DNA of 41,250 bases from the IMG/VR virus record IMGVR_UViG_3300017913_000707, positions 1 to 41,250 of that record; one strand, written 5' to 3'. This DNA comes from a virus. Its lineage: Duplodnaviria; Caudoviricetes. The position numbers and the translations under genes are program-made. Every line of letters begins with the position of its first letter. The first letter of the stretch is position 1. The notes beneath the pieces were generated by a model, which saw nothing but the letters and a program-made list of their open reading frames with translations, was not told the origin of the DNA and made no database searches. Shown in pieces: positions 24,699 to 32,488 of the stretch.

Positions 24699-25838
24699 TT
24701 AGATTCTAAATCTCATTCCAGAATTACCCCCCATGATTTGTTTTAGTTGGGAGATAACTGGATCTGAGTCATTGTTATTTGTTTGTTGTTGTGGGGTGCT
24801 AGCTTGAACATTAGCAGCCTTCTCAACCAAACCACGCTGACCATCACTGAGGCCTTGTCTATAAAGAGACTGGGCAATCTGATCAATGTTGTCAATCAAA
24901 GCGCGGTGTGAAGAGAGGGTGTCAATATCCCAACTACCATCATCCCGAATGTAGGGGTCGAAGTACTCGTCGAGACGAGCATTCTTGTCCTTGAGTTGTG
25001 ACTTGTAGCTGTCCTCCAACCCGAACGTAAAGGTCTTATCAGAACCGAGATCGAACTCCAGTCCAGTCAAAGAATCAACCTCTCGGTTCATGTTGGCGAT
25101 CCACTCTTCGTCAACGATAGACTGTGGCTCTTGACTTTGTTGCTCAACCTCTGGGGCGCGGTAGGTCTCTCTCAGATCTGTAATGCGCTTACGAGATTCA
25201 GCAGCATCAATCTTGAGCTGCAGTTGTGAAAGCTGAATCTCTTCTTCCGAATGGATATCAGGATTCAGTTTGTATTTGCTCTGCATAAGAAGGTCGATCT
25301 CCTGTCCGCTAAGATCCTTGTACTCCGTAGCCATGTTCACGCGAACCGCCATAACATCATCCATCTCGGATGGGTTAAGGGATTGGTATGTGAACCAGTC
25401 TTGAGGAGAACGTCCAGTCTCTTGAACGAACTTGGCGATAGCTTCGACTCTCTCATCGAGCGGGTTAGCAGGCTCCGTAACAGGAGTCAAGTCCTCGAAA
25501 GAAGTGATGTCACGTCCGAGCCTCTCGCTCAGAAAGCTCATCACAGCACCCTCGATTTCTTGATCGCTGTAGTCTGTTGCCTGTTGTTGCACCTGAGGTT
25601 CAGGTGCGGGTTCAAACGTTTCTTGTGTAGGTTGTGCAGGAGCAGCTTCAGGATCAACGTAAGGGGTGTCCTGAACAGGAGCCTCTTGTGTTTCTACTGG
25701 CGCTGATTCCTGAGGTGCAGCTTCTTGAACGGGAGCTTCTTGAGCAGGAGCTTCAGACTGATTCATACTAGCCTGAAGAGCCTCTGCTGATTCAAAGATC
25801 TCGAACGTACCGCCTTCTGTGGGATTGTTATCCTCCAT
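24699..25838 (-). CDS. Acidic scaffold-like protein upstream of the MCP
   Basis: EAPxQ low-complexity repeats, FVQETGRSPQDW, IAQSLYRQGLSDG and coiled-coil segments; conserved position before the MCP. Confidence 0.65.
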   Translation of the reverse strand: MEDNNPTEGGTFEIFESAEALQASMNQSEAPAQEAPVQEAAPQESAPVETQEAPVQDTPYVDPEAAPAQPTQETFEPAPEPQVQQQATDYSDQEIEGAVMSFLSERLGRDITSFEDLTPVTEPANPLDERVEAIAKFVQETGRSPQDWFTYQSLNPSEMDDVMAVRVNMATEYKDLSGQEIDLLMQSKYKLNPDIHSEEEIQLSQLQLKIDAAESRKRITDLRETYRAPEVEQQSQEPQSIVDEEWIANMNREVDSLTGLEFDLGSDKTFTFGLEDSYKSQLKDKNARLDEYFDPYIRDDGSWDIDTLSSHRALIDNIDQIAQSLYRQGLSDGQRGLVEKAANVQASTPQQQTNNNDSDPVISQLKQIMGGNSGMRFRI

Positions 25839-25869
25839 TTAAATTTAATTGATATGGTTTATAAATTAT

Positions 25870-26205
25870 TTACGCTGGGCCGTAGTAAGCAATGATAGAG
25901 CCCGAAGCAATATCAACTGTATCCCACTTACCGTAAATAGTGATGCCCTTTGGGAAGGTGTCTGAAGACGTGACTCTATCGCCAGTGGCATCAAAATCAT
26001 TATCCGTTCCGTCAGAACCAAAAATCTTAGTGTTGTCTACCGCCTCAAGCTGAGAGAATGTAGTGTCCTCCAAGCAAGTGATGGCAACAAAGGCATATCC
26101 GTCAGGACATGTAAGGTCCTGAGCCGTAGTGGTGTTGCAGAAACAAGAACCATGCTGCCCAAAGGCAGCTTGATTTGCTTCGCTCGTGTTAGAAAGATTT
26201 GCCAT
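25870..26205 (-). CDS. Small virion structural protein
   Basis: FVAITCLEDTTF..TFPKGITIYGKW..IASGSIIAY beta-rich motif common in aquatic phage structural proteins. Confidence 0.55.
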   Translation of the reverse strand: MANLSNTSEANQAAFGQHGSCFCNTTTAQDLTCPDGYAFVAITCLEDTTFSQLEAVDNTKIFGSDGTDNDFDATGDRVTSSDTFPKGITIYGKWDTVDIASGSIIAYYGPA

Positions 26206-26212
26206 AGTCTAA

Positions 26213-26620
26213 TTATGAAAGGGTTACTGCTGAGCTGTCCAAACCAAACACTGCGTACTCAACCATTTGATCGACGTCAGTCCCGTAAGCCTTGAGCGTC
26301 TGATCGTTTTGGACAGGCAGGAATGCAAACTCTCCACCACCAAGCTTAATCACTTCTGGATCATCCGTAGTAGTGTCCGCGAAAACGTAGATGTACTTCT
26401 CTTTCTCTTGGGTGAGATTGCGAATGTACAAGTATGCGTTCTCCAACTTATCACTGGCTTTGTAAACAGTGATGGGGTTGGAACCTGCAGAGGTGCCAAG
26501 AATCTTGACGCGCTGAACACTGCCTGAGTCGGCACGGACAACCATGTTCACCCCAATGTTAACTGGGGTTGGCATGACGGTGGTGGTAGAGAGACTAAGT
26601 GTAGCTCTTACCGTAGCCAT
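26213..26620 (-). CDS. Small virion structural protein (paralog of 26620..27048)
   Basis: LYIRN..KLGGGEFAFLPV..VEY. Confidence 0.55.
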   Translation of the reverse strand: MATVRATLSLSTTTVMPTPVNIGVNMVVRADSGSVQRVKILGTSAGSNPITVYKASDKLENAYLYIRNLTQEKEKYIYVFADTTTDDPEVIKLGGGEFAFLPVQNDQTLKAYGTDVDQMVEYAVFGLDSSAVTLS

Positions 26621-27048
26621 TACGTGTGGTAGATTGCCATGTACTCCAAAGTCATTGCAGTAGCAACGCTTGGGGTAATGGTGATATCGGTATCTGCGGC
26701 TGCGCTATAGGGGATAAACATCCAGTCTCCTGCATACAATCTGCCGAGCTCCTGAGCATTAGCATCTCCAGTGCCATCACCCAACTTAATGGTGAAGTAC
26801 TCCGACGTGGTAGTGCTTGGGTTTCTCAAGTAGATCTTGTGACCGGGGTCAGAGGGAGATCCGAAATCAGTTTCGTCAAAGAGAACCACCTCAGTCGTTG
26901 CTGAGTAGATTCGTCTATTGACACCAGTGGTCTGGTCCAAGCCAGTCACACTGTTACCCTTAGTCAACGTGGCCGTTGAAGCAAGAGACAAAGAGTCCCC
27001 CGTCAAGTCCCCGCTGGAAAGCGTAATGGATGCTGTTGTAGTAGGCAT
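26620..27048 (-). CDS. Small virion structural protein
   Basis: IYLRN..RLYAGDWMFIPY..LEY; first gene after the promoter at 27073. Confidence 0.55.
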   Translation of the reverse strand: MPTTTASITLSSGDLTGDSLSLASTATLTKGNSVTGLDQTTGVNRRIYSATTEVVLFDETDFGSPSDPGHKIYLRNPSTTTSEYFTIKLGDGTGDANAQELGRLYAGDWMFIPYSAAADTDITITPSVATAMTLEYMAIYHT

Positions 27049-27072
27049 TATTTATTTTGTTGTGTTTGGTTT

Positions 27073-27082
27073 TGCAAATATA
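27073..27082 (-). promoter_or_regulatory. Bacteroidota -7 promoter box driving the capsid operon
   Basis: TATATTTGCA followed by an A-rich leader to ATG 27048. Confidence 0.8.
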
Positions 27083-27556
27083 TTACTTTTTCTTTTTGCC
27101 TGCGCGGATCTTAGCAGCCTCCTTCTTTCCGAAAGCGCTGTTGACTCGACCCATAGCCCAAGCGTGCTGTGATGTCTTAGGTCTGTTGCCAGAACTCATG
27201 TAAGCAGCAAGGCCTCTCTTGTATACTTCCTTCTCGGCAGAATCAAGTCCAGCCATACCGCCCTTCTTGTACATGCGGACCTTCCCGCCCTTCTTCATCA
27301 TCTTGAAGTCAGCACCAGAAATCTTTCCGTCTTTGTTTTTGTCGAGGGCCTTTTGCTTTTTGGTAAGACCCCCCTTAGACATTTTCTGAGGAACAGACTT
27401 GGCGCCCTTCTTTTTCTTGCCGTAGTCTTTCTTGTCTGGTTCTGCAAACTCTGGTGTGCCTTTTGAGCTTGACGCAGACAACCCTTTCAGAAAAACTGAA
27501 ATCTTGCTCGGGCGCTTCTTTGTTGTGCCCCCCTTGTTATACTTTTTTACTTTCAT
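27083..27556 (-). CDS. Highly basic protein with xxGG repeats, an EF-hand-like loop and a DUF5824-like C-terminus
   Basis: YNKGG, MSKGG, MKKGG, YKKGG; DKNKDGKISGAD; VYKRGLAAY..RP..QHAWAMGRVNS. Confidence 0.6.
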   Translation of the reverse strand: MKVKKYNKGGTTKKRPSKISVFLKGLSASSSKGTPEFAEPDKKDYGKKKKGAKSVPQKMSKGGLTKKQKALDKNKDGKISGADFKMMKKGGKVRMYKKGGMAGLDSAEKEVYKRGLAAYMSSGNRPKTSQHAWAMGRVNSAFGKKEAAKIRAGKKKK

Positions 27557-27738
27557 AGTTTATCTCTTTGCGCCATAAGCTTCTTAAGTCTTGCGGCTAC
27601 GGCAGGTGGGAATCCTTTCTTTTTTCTTTTGTCCTTAGTGCCTCGGTGCTTCTTGTAGATGTTAGCAATCTCAGTCATGAGCTGCTTACGTCTACCTACA
27701 TTCTTGCTGCCCGAGGTATACTTCTTATTGAACTTCAT
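27553..27738 (-). CDS. Small basic protein, 61 aa
   Basis: K/R-rich; ATGA overlaps on both sides. Confidence 0.65.
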   Translation of the reverse strand: MKFNKKYTSGSKNVGRRKQLMTEIANIYKKHRGTKDKRKKKGFPPAVAARLKKLMAQRDKL

Positions 27739-27920
27739 GAGTGATTAACCAGTTTGAACTTAGCCTTAGCAACAGCCTTGTCGTGAGGCTTGTAATCACC
27801 CTTCATGAGGAAGTACCTTCCACCTTCTTGCATCCAGTGGTATCCTTTTGGCGGATCAACCTCCATGGACTTCTGAGAAATCTTGAGCTTACCGCCTTTG
27901 TTGTACTTGACAGTATTCAT
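27735..27920 (-). CDS. Small basic protein, 61 aa
   Basis: Start reassigned to MNTVKYNKGG (TAATG overlap); PPKGYHWM..YFLMKGDYKPH..A.F motif. Confidence 0.7.
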   Translation of the reverse strand: MNTVKYNKGGKLKISQKSMEVDPPKGYHWMQEGGRYFLMKGDYKPHDKAVAKAKFKLVNHS

Positions 27921-28210
27921 TACCACTTTACCTTGTTGGCCCAGTAAGCTGCACTCATCTTGCCTTTGGCAATGTTCTTTGCATGACGAGCTTTAAATGA
28001 CGCGCGCTTCTTTTTCATCTTAGATCCTTCACCAGCCTTAGGCTTTCCCGCAGTCTTAGCACCCTGCTCTCCAAAGCGGATTGTCTTGACTTTATCACCA
28101 ACCTTAGCCACAACAATGTGTGACTTCTTGGGATGACTAGGGGTTCTCTTTGGCTTGTTAAAACCACTGACTCCCGCTCTTTTCAATCTAGGGTCTCTCT
28201 TAGACTTCAT
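27920..28210 (-). CDS. Basic protein (DUF5754-like), 96 aa
   Basis: KTIRFGEQG..RASFKARH..SAAYWANKVKW. Confidence 0.65.
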   Translation of the reverse strand: MKSKRDPRLKRAGVSGFNKPKRTPSHPKKSHIVVAKVGDKVKTIRFGEQGAKTAGKPKAGEGSKMKKKRASFKARHAKNIAKGKMSAAYWANKVKW

Positions 28211-28212
28211 AA

Positions 28213-28222
28213 TGCAAATATA
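28213..28222 (-). promoter_or_regulatory. Bacteroidota -7 promoter box
   Basis: TATATTTGCA-TT-ATG. Confidence 0.8.
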
Positions 28223-28228
28223 ATCAGT

Positions 28229-28486
28229 TTACTCAGAGGGCTTTACCCCGTACTCCCCAGCCTGTAGGGTGTAAGTTGACTCACCTGAGCTTGTCAGGTA
28301 TGTGAATGACATGGTCTCTCCCGTGGGAATTTCAAGAGTTTCGTATGTGGCTACGTAGGTCCCGTCATCTTGAAGGCAGTCTTCGAGCTCAAGCTCGTTA
28401 AAACCCCAGCCAAGGTTTGGGCAGCTTGAATCTTCCCATGTCTCTTCGAGTTCTGATTGAGATGTTATGGTAACACTTCTCTTCAT
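28229..28486 (-). CDS. Small acidic protein (possible fibre/RBP chaperone)
   Basis: 85 aa, E/T-rich; ATGA-coupled to the RCC1-like gene. Confidence 0.5.
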   Translation of the reverse strand: MKRSVTITSQSELEETWEDSSCPNLGWGFNELELEDCLQDDGTYVATYETLEIPTGETMSFTYLTSSGESTYTLQAGEYGVKPSE

Positions 28487-29769
28487 GATACGGCAAACAT
28501 TATCACTGGTTTGTTTTGATTCAGGTTGCTTTCAAGGCAGAGTATGCTGTCTATGGTCCCTGTTATATCGTTTTGCTGCATAACTGTATTTAGAGCCACC
28601 CAAGATCCCTGAGCGGTAGACCCCTGATACGCTGGACCTGCCCAACCCCCAGCATCTACCGATAGCGTAGACACATACCAACTACCATTCTTTTTAGCAA
28701 ATACGGTGTAGTTGTGAGACGAGCTGTCTCCACTGAAAAGAGCTAGGTCTTCGTAGTCTGTATCGGTCCCGATTTTCGTAAACGTCCTACCCGTGCTAGG
28801 CTCTATTCTCCATGAACTGCTTCCAGTAGACATATACATCGTTCCGTCAGTCTTCTTTGCAAATCCTCCGTATCTCTGCACCCAGCAGTCATCCCAATCA
28901 GTATCACTCCCTACTTGTGTGGCGTATTGCTTGTCCGTGGTGCTTCCGCTTCCAAGCACTCCCTGCCCATTTTCTCCCCAAGAGAACAGCTTTCCTGAAT
29001 CAGATACAGCAAGATTGCTGCTGTATGAAACCTTGACCTTGTCAAAGCTCTCTGTAAGGTCTGTGTTTGCTGCACTCTTCACTCTTGTGAAACTATAGAG
29101 TCTAGTGGTGTTTCCTTGACCGTTTGAATAGTTGTTGCCATACCCAGTGCTGTAAAGATATCTAGACCCAGAGCTACCCTTGATGGCAACCATGTTGTAA
29201 GGATAGCTCGCGAAAGCGTCAACATCGTGCCAGTCCGTATCTGAACCAAGCTGTTTCCATGCGTAATAATTGGCAGTGCTTCCCCCGCCAAGCCCCGTAG
29301 AGTTTAGGTATGTACCTACAGATCCAGTCCACCAAAAAGTTCCATCGTTTTTAATGGCAACATGTCCTGAGCTCAGACACTTCGCTGTCTTAACATTCGT
29401 TAAGGTCAATTTGAAGTTGGCGTTATCTATAGCGTCTACAGAGTCAGCATACGAAAGACCCATTTGAGCATTGTTGGTGTACCCCCCTACGTATAGATTT
29501 CCGTCATTCAGCAATATGAGAATGTTGTACGTGTTGTACGACATCGACTTTACGTTAGTCAGATCAGAGATCTGAAACATGTGAGCTGGGTTTGCGTAGT
29601 CCTCAAAGGTGGCGGCACTCCAAGGTCTGGCTAGATTACTATTTTGAGGGCACAAAAGAATACCAGAATCTGTCGTAGCGGGGACTGCGCTTATGCCTCC
29701 ACTCTGCGTCACAAAGAAACCGCTTACATTGTCGATACTCGACGTGTCTACTCCTATAAACTTACTCAT
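28483..29769 (-). CDS. RCC1/BLIP-II-like beta-propeller protein (probable receptor-binding protein)
   Basis: GKLFSWGENGQGVLGSG, DGNLYVGG, DGTFWWTG; repeated QLGSDTDW/QVGSDTDW/KIGTDTDY. Confidence 0.7.
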   Translation of the reverse strand: MSKFIGVDTSSIDNVSGFFVTQSGGISAVPATTDSGILLCPQNSNLARPWSAATFEDYANPAHMFQISDLTNVKSMSYNTYNILILLNDGNLYVGGYTNNAQMGLSYADSVDAIDNANFKLTLTNVKTAKCLSSGHVAIKNDGTFWWTGSVGTYLNSTGLGGGSTANYYAWKQLGSDTDWHDVDAFASYPYNMVAIKGSSGSRYLYSTGYGNNYSNGQGNTTRLYSFTRVKSAANTDLTESFDKVKVSYSSNLAVSDSGKLFSWGENGQGVLGSGSTTDKQYATQVGSDTDWDDCWVQRYGGFAKKTDGTMYMSTGSSSWRIEPSTGRTFTKIGTDTDYEDLALFSGDSSSHNYTVFAKKNGSWYVSTLSVDAGGWAGPAYQGSTAQGSWVALNTVMQQNDITGTIDSILCLESNLNQNKPVIMFAVS

Positions 29770-32006
29770 AGCTCAAGCCAAGTTGTATCTGGATCAAAGT
29801 AAATAATTCTGTTTGAGGCCTCGTACACATACCCAACGACACGAACTATATCTCCAGTTCCTGATGGTGGCGTCGTCGTCACGTGGCCAGCCGTGGTGTC
29901 GAGGTAAAGGACATCACCTGTGGATGCAGAGCTAAACCCTGTATTGTCGGCCATTCTTACCAACCCTTCTTTTACCATGCCGTTGTTTGAGGTAGAATCA
30001 GATGCTACGGCAAGCATACCGCTTGCTGTAGAAGCAGCATCGGCATCAGCCGCAGCCCAGCTAGAAGCCCCCAAGTAATATACATCCCCAGCAGTAAGGC
30101 CTGTTGTGTTGGTTCCAAACTTATTGAGAACACGAGAGCCAATCCCAAAGTCACCAGCACCAGTGATGCCCGTCCCTTTCGTGACACCAATCTCATCAAT
30201 TGTTGCTTCACCCTCAACGATTAGTTTACTACCATCCCAAGTAAGAGATGAATCACCCTCGATGGTGTCTGCGTCAGTAAAGACAGCAAGCTGATTGTCG
30301 GCTGGGGTTCCTGAGGTGTCTACTGTTCCAGACCCGCCGCCACCAGAAGCAGCCTCAAGGCTAATGGTTCCTGAAGCGTGATCATAGGTAAGCACGTAGT
30401 CATCTTGACCGCTACCTACAGTTTGGTCTGCATCGAACTTGAAGTTGCCAAGTAGAACGTTGCCTGTTCCATTCGGCTCGATGTCGATGTCACCGTTAGA
30501 AGTGCTAACGATTTTTCCCTGAACCTCTAGGTCACCAGTAATCTCAGCATCGCCCTTCAGGTATAAATCAACAATATCAGATACACCACTGTTTTTCAAG
30601 TAGAATACTTGAGTCTGGGAGTTCTCATCTTTGAGTTCAATCGGATAATTGACAGCGTCGTTATCAACAGTCATCTGAAAAGAAGCTGGGCTAACAAAAT
30701 TCACTGCCTTCAGAAACTCCATGTCTCCGGGGCGGTTAATTTTTATAACATCAACATCTGAACCACTGTTTATCGAACCAATGTAAGCTCTGTCGCTGTC
30801 GTACCTAAAGTACGAACCAAATGTACCGTTACCTTCTGTGAGCTCTATTCTTGAATTTTGACCGTTCGTCTTGTGATTGAGCTGAAGTATTGCGTCCCCA
30901 GTAGTTTTATCTACTCTAATCTCTCCCGTCCCATTGGGGTCCAGAATGATGTGACCGTTAGAAGCGCTGACGATGCTCTGGCCGTTTACATCTAAGTCTC
31001 CACCAAGCTGTGGGGTGGTGTCGTCAACGAGGTCTCCAGAAGGAATCGTAGGGGTGTTAGATACATCCGTAGTGTAGTCTACTTGACCCAACGTAATTTG
31101 CTGTCCCGAAAGAGTCAAGTAATCATAGGAACCAGCCAGAGTCACATCAGTAGAGTTATCTGTGCCTACGGGGTCGAAGTCAACACCTGACGCTGGTATG
31201 GATGGAGTACCGCTCAAATCAGAGTAAGCGCCGCTAGTAGCTACATCTGCTAGAGTAGTAGGTGTAGCAACCCCAGAGGCGTTTCCAATCCATGCCTGAC
31301 CGTTAGGTATGTTGGGGACGTCGTTAGAACGACCGATAGCCATCACGACAATCTCACCGTTGTTTTGCTGACGCCTACCTACTTTACCTACATTCTGAAT
31401 GAGGTTTGTGCCAGTGGGTTTGACGTTGGTGAGACCACCGCCAGCTTTCACATACAAGACATCTCCTTCCTGAAAGTCATTAGGAGAAACCTGAGTGTTT
31501 ACATCTTCAAGGCTTCCAATACATGTAGCCTGACCGTTGTCATTCTGAGAGTAATCATCTCTAGCCAGTCCAATAGAAGGCATCTTAGCTGAATCAGCTG
31601 CGTCAGCTTTTGCTACAGTAATTCTGTTTTGACCGTTGTTATAACCTGTGATATATAACGGGTCGCCCTTAGAGACAGCTTCGTCGAACCTCACCTCAAT
31701 GGTAACCCGATCTGAAAAAGTCCACTCTGTGTCGTAGTCAGTTCCGCTTACCTTTCTGAGAACTTGATACTGGTCCCCACCAGTAGGCACTCCTTGACCA
31801 TCGGCACCATCAGCCCCGTCTGCTCCCGCAGGTCCCTGAGGTCCCTGAGGTCCCTGAGGTCCAGTCTCCCCTGTGTCACCCTTAGGTCCTTTCTCAGTAA
31901 CGTCTACAGAAGCGGAAGCTAAGGTTGTAACGTCTACAGAAGCAGCAGCAGATACCGTTACATCAACGGACGTGGAATCACTTACAGTTATAGAAACATC
32001 GCTCAT
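29766..32006 (-). CDS. Tail/head fibre protein with collagen-like repeats, 746 aa
   Basis: GPKGDTGETGPQGPQGPQGPAGADGADGADG; DDTTPQLGGDLDVNG; two SNGxIxxxPNGTG repeats; two KADA/AADA-type domains. Confidence 0.75.
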   Translation of the reverse strand: MSDVSITVSDSTSVDVTVSAAASVDVTTLASASVDVTEKGPKGDTGETGPQGPQGPQGPAGADGADGADGQGVPTGGDQYQVLRKVSGTDYDTEWTFSDRVTIEVRFDEAVSKGDPLYITGYNNGQNRITVAKADAADSAKMPSIGLARDDYSQNDNGQATCIGSLEDVNTQVSPNDFQEGDVLYVKAGGGLTNVKPTGTNLIQNVGKVGRRQQNNGEIVVMAIGRSNDVPNIPNGQAWIGNASGVATPTTLADVATSGAYSDLSGTPSIPASGVDFDPVGTDNSTDVTLAGSYDYLTLSGQQITLGQVDYTTDVSNTPTIPSGDLVDDTTPQLGGDLDVNGQSIVSASNGHIILDPNGTGEIRVDKTTGDAILQLNHKTNGQNSRIELTEGNGTFGSYFRYDSDRAYIGSINSGSDVDVIKINRPGDMEFLKAVNFVSPASFQMTVDNDAVNYPIELKDENSQTQVFYLKNSGVSDIVDLYLKGDAEITGDLEVQGKIVSTSNGDIDIEPNGTGNVLLGNFKFDADQTVGSGQDDYVLTYDHASGTISLEAASGGGGSGTVDTSGTPADNQLAVFTDADTIEGDSSLTWDGSKLIVEGEATIDEIGVTKGTGITGAGDFGIGSRVLNKFGTNTTGLTAGDVYYLGASSWAAADADAASTASGMLAVASDSTSNNGMVKEGLVRMADNTGFSSASTGDVLYLDTTAGHVTTTPPSGTGDIVRVVGYVYEASNRIIYFDPDTTWLEL
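31831..31862 (-). repeat. 9-bp tandem repeat encoding (GPQ)n collagen motif
   Basis: ggtccctga x3 plus ggtcc. Confidence 0.9.
31897..31943 (-). repeat. 30-bp-period repeat encoding ASVDVT units
   Basis: gtaacgtctacagaagc at 31897-31913 and 31927-31943; a degenerate third copy follows. Confidence 0.8.
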
Positions 32007-32488
32007 TATCTAGCATCTGTTTCTATTGCTTCAGAGATATCTTCCTTCACAACGAAATTTCCAAACAAAACAGTCTTGTGTGTGTCAAGGCCTCCAGTAG
32101 TACTGGGCTTAATGTATTGAATATCATACACATAGCTGCCAGAAGGTATGGACCTCATAACCTTTGCAGAAGCCTGAATGGTTGCATTACCGTTGTCATC
32201 AACAGACACTGGTTCAAAATTATTTTCAGCCCCAGCCCGATCAACAGCTTTGTCTCCAATGTCTTGAGTTCCAAGAACCAATCCACCCTTGCCTCTAACA
32301 TTTCTTGAAGTAGACCGAACATCAGAGGGCTGTCTAACTTGGACAATAAACCTGTAATTGTCTGTGTCAAGTTGAAGAGCCGTACCCGAAGAATCCTTTA
32401 GGGTTATGGTAAGAGAAAATGTATCACCCCTCTTACACGTAATGTCGAGCTTGGATGACTCGTCTAGATTTACTTTACTAGTTGCCAT
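32006..32488 (-). CDS. BppU-like Ig-fold fibre-attachment protein
   Basis: LDITCKRGDTFSLTITLKD..GSYVYDIQ..LFGNFVVKEDI. Confidence 0.6.
   Translation of the reverse strand: MATSKVNLDESSKLDITCKRGDTFSLTITLKDSSGTALQLDTDNYRFIVQVRQPSDVRSTSRNVRGKGGLVLGTQDIGDKAVDRAGAENNFEPVSVDDNGNATIQASAKVMRSIPSGSYVYDIQYIKPSTTGGLDTHKTVLFGNFVVKEDISEAIETDAR

Noticed and set aside
28483-32006. Diversity-generating retroelement target or CRISPR-like repeats
   Set aside because: No reverse transcriptase, no adenine-specific TR/VR pair and no regularly spaced repeats seen; the repeats are coding tandem units.
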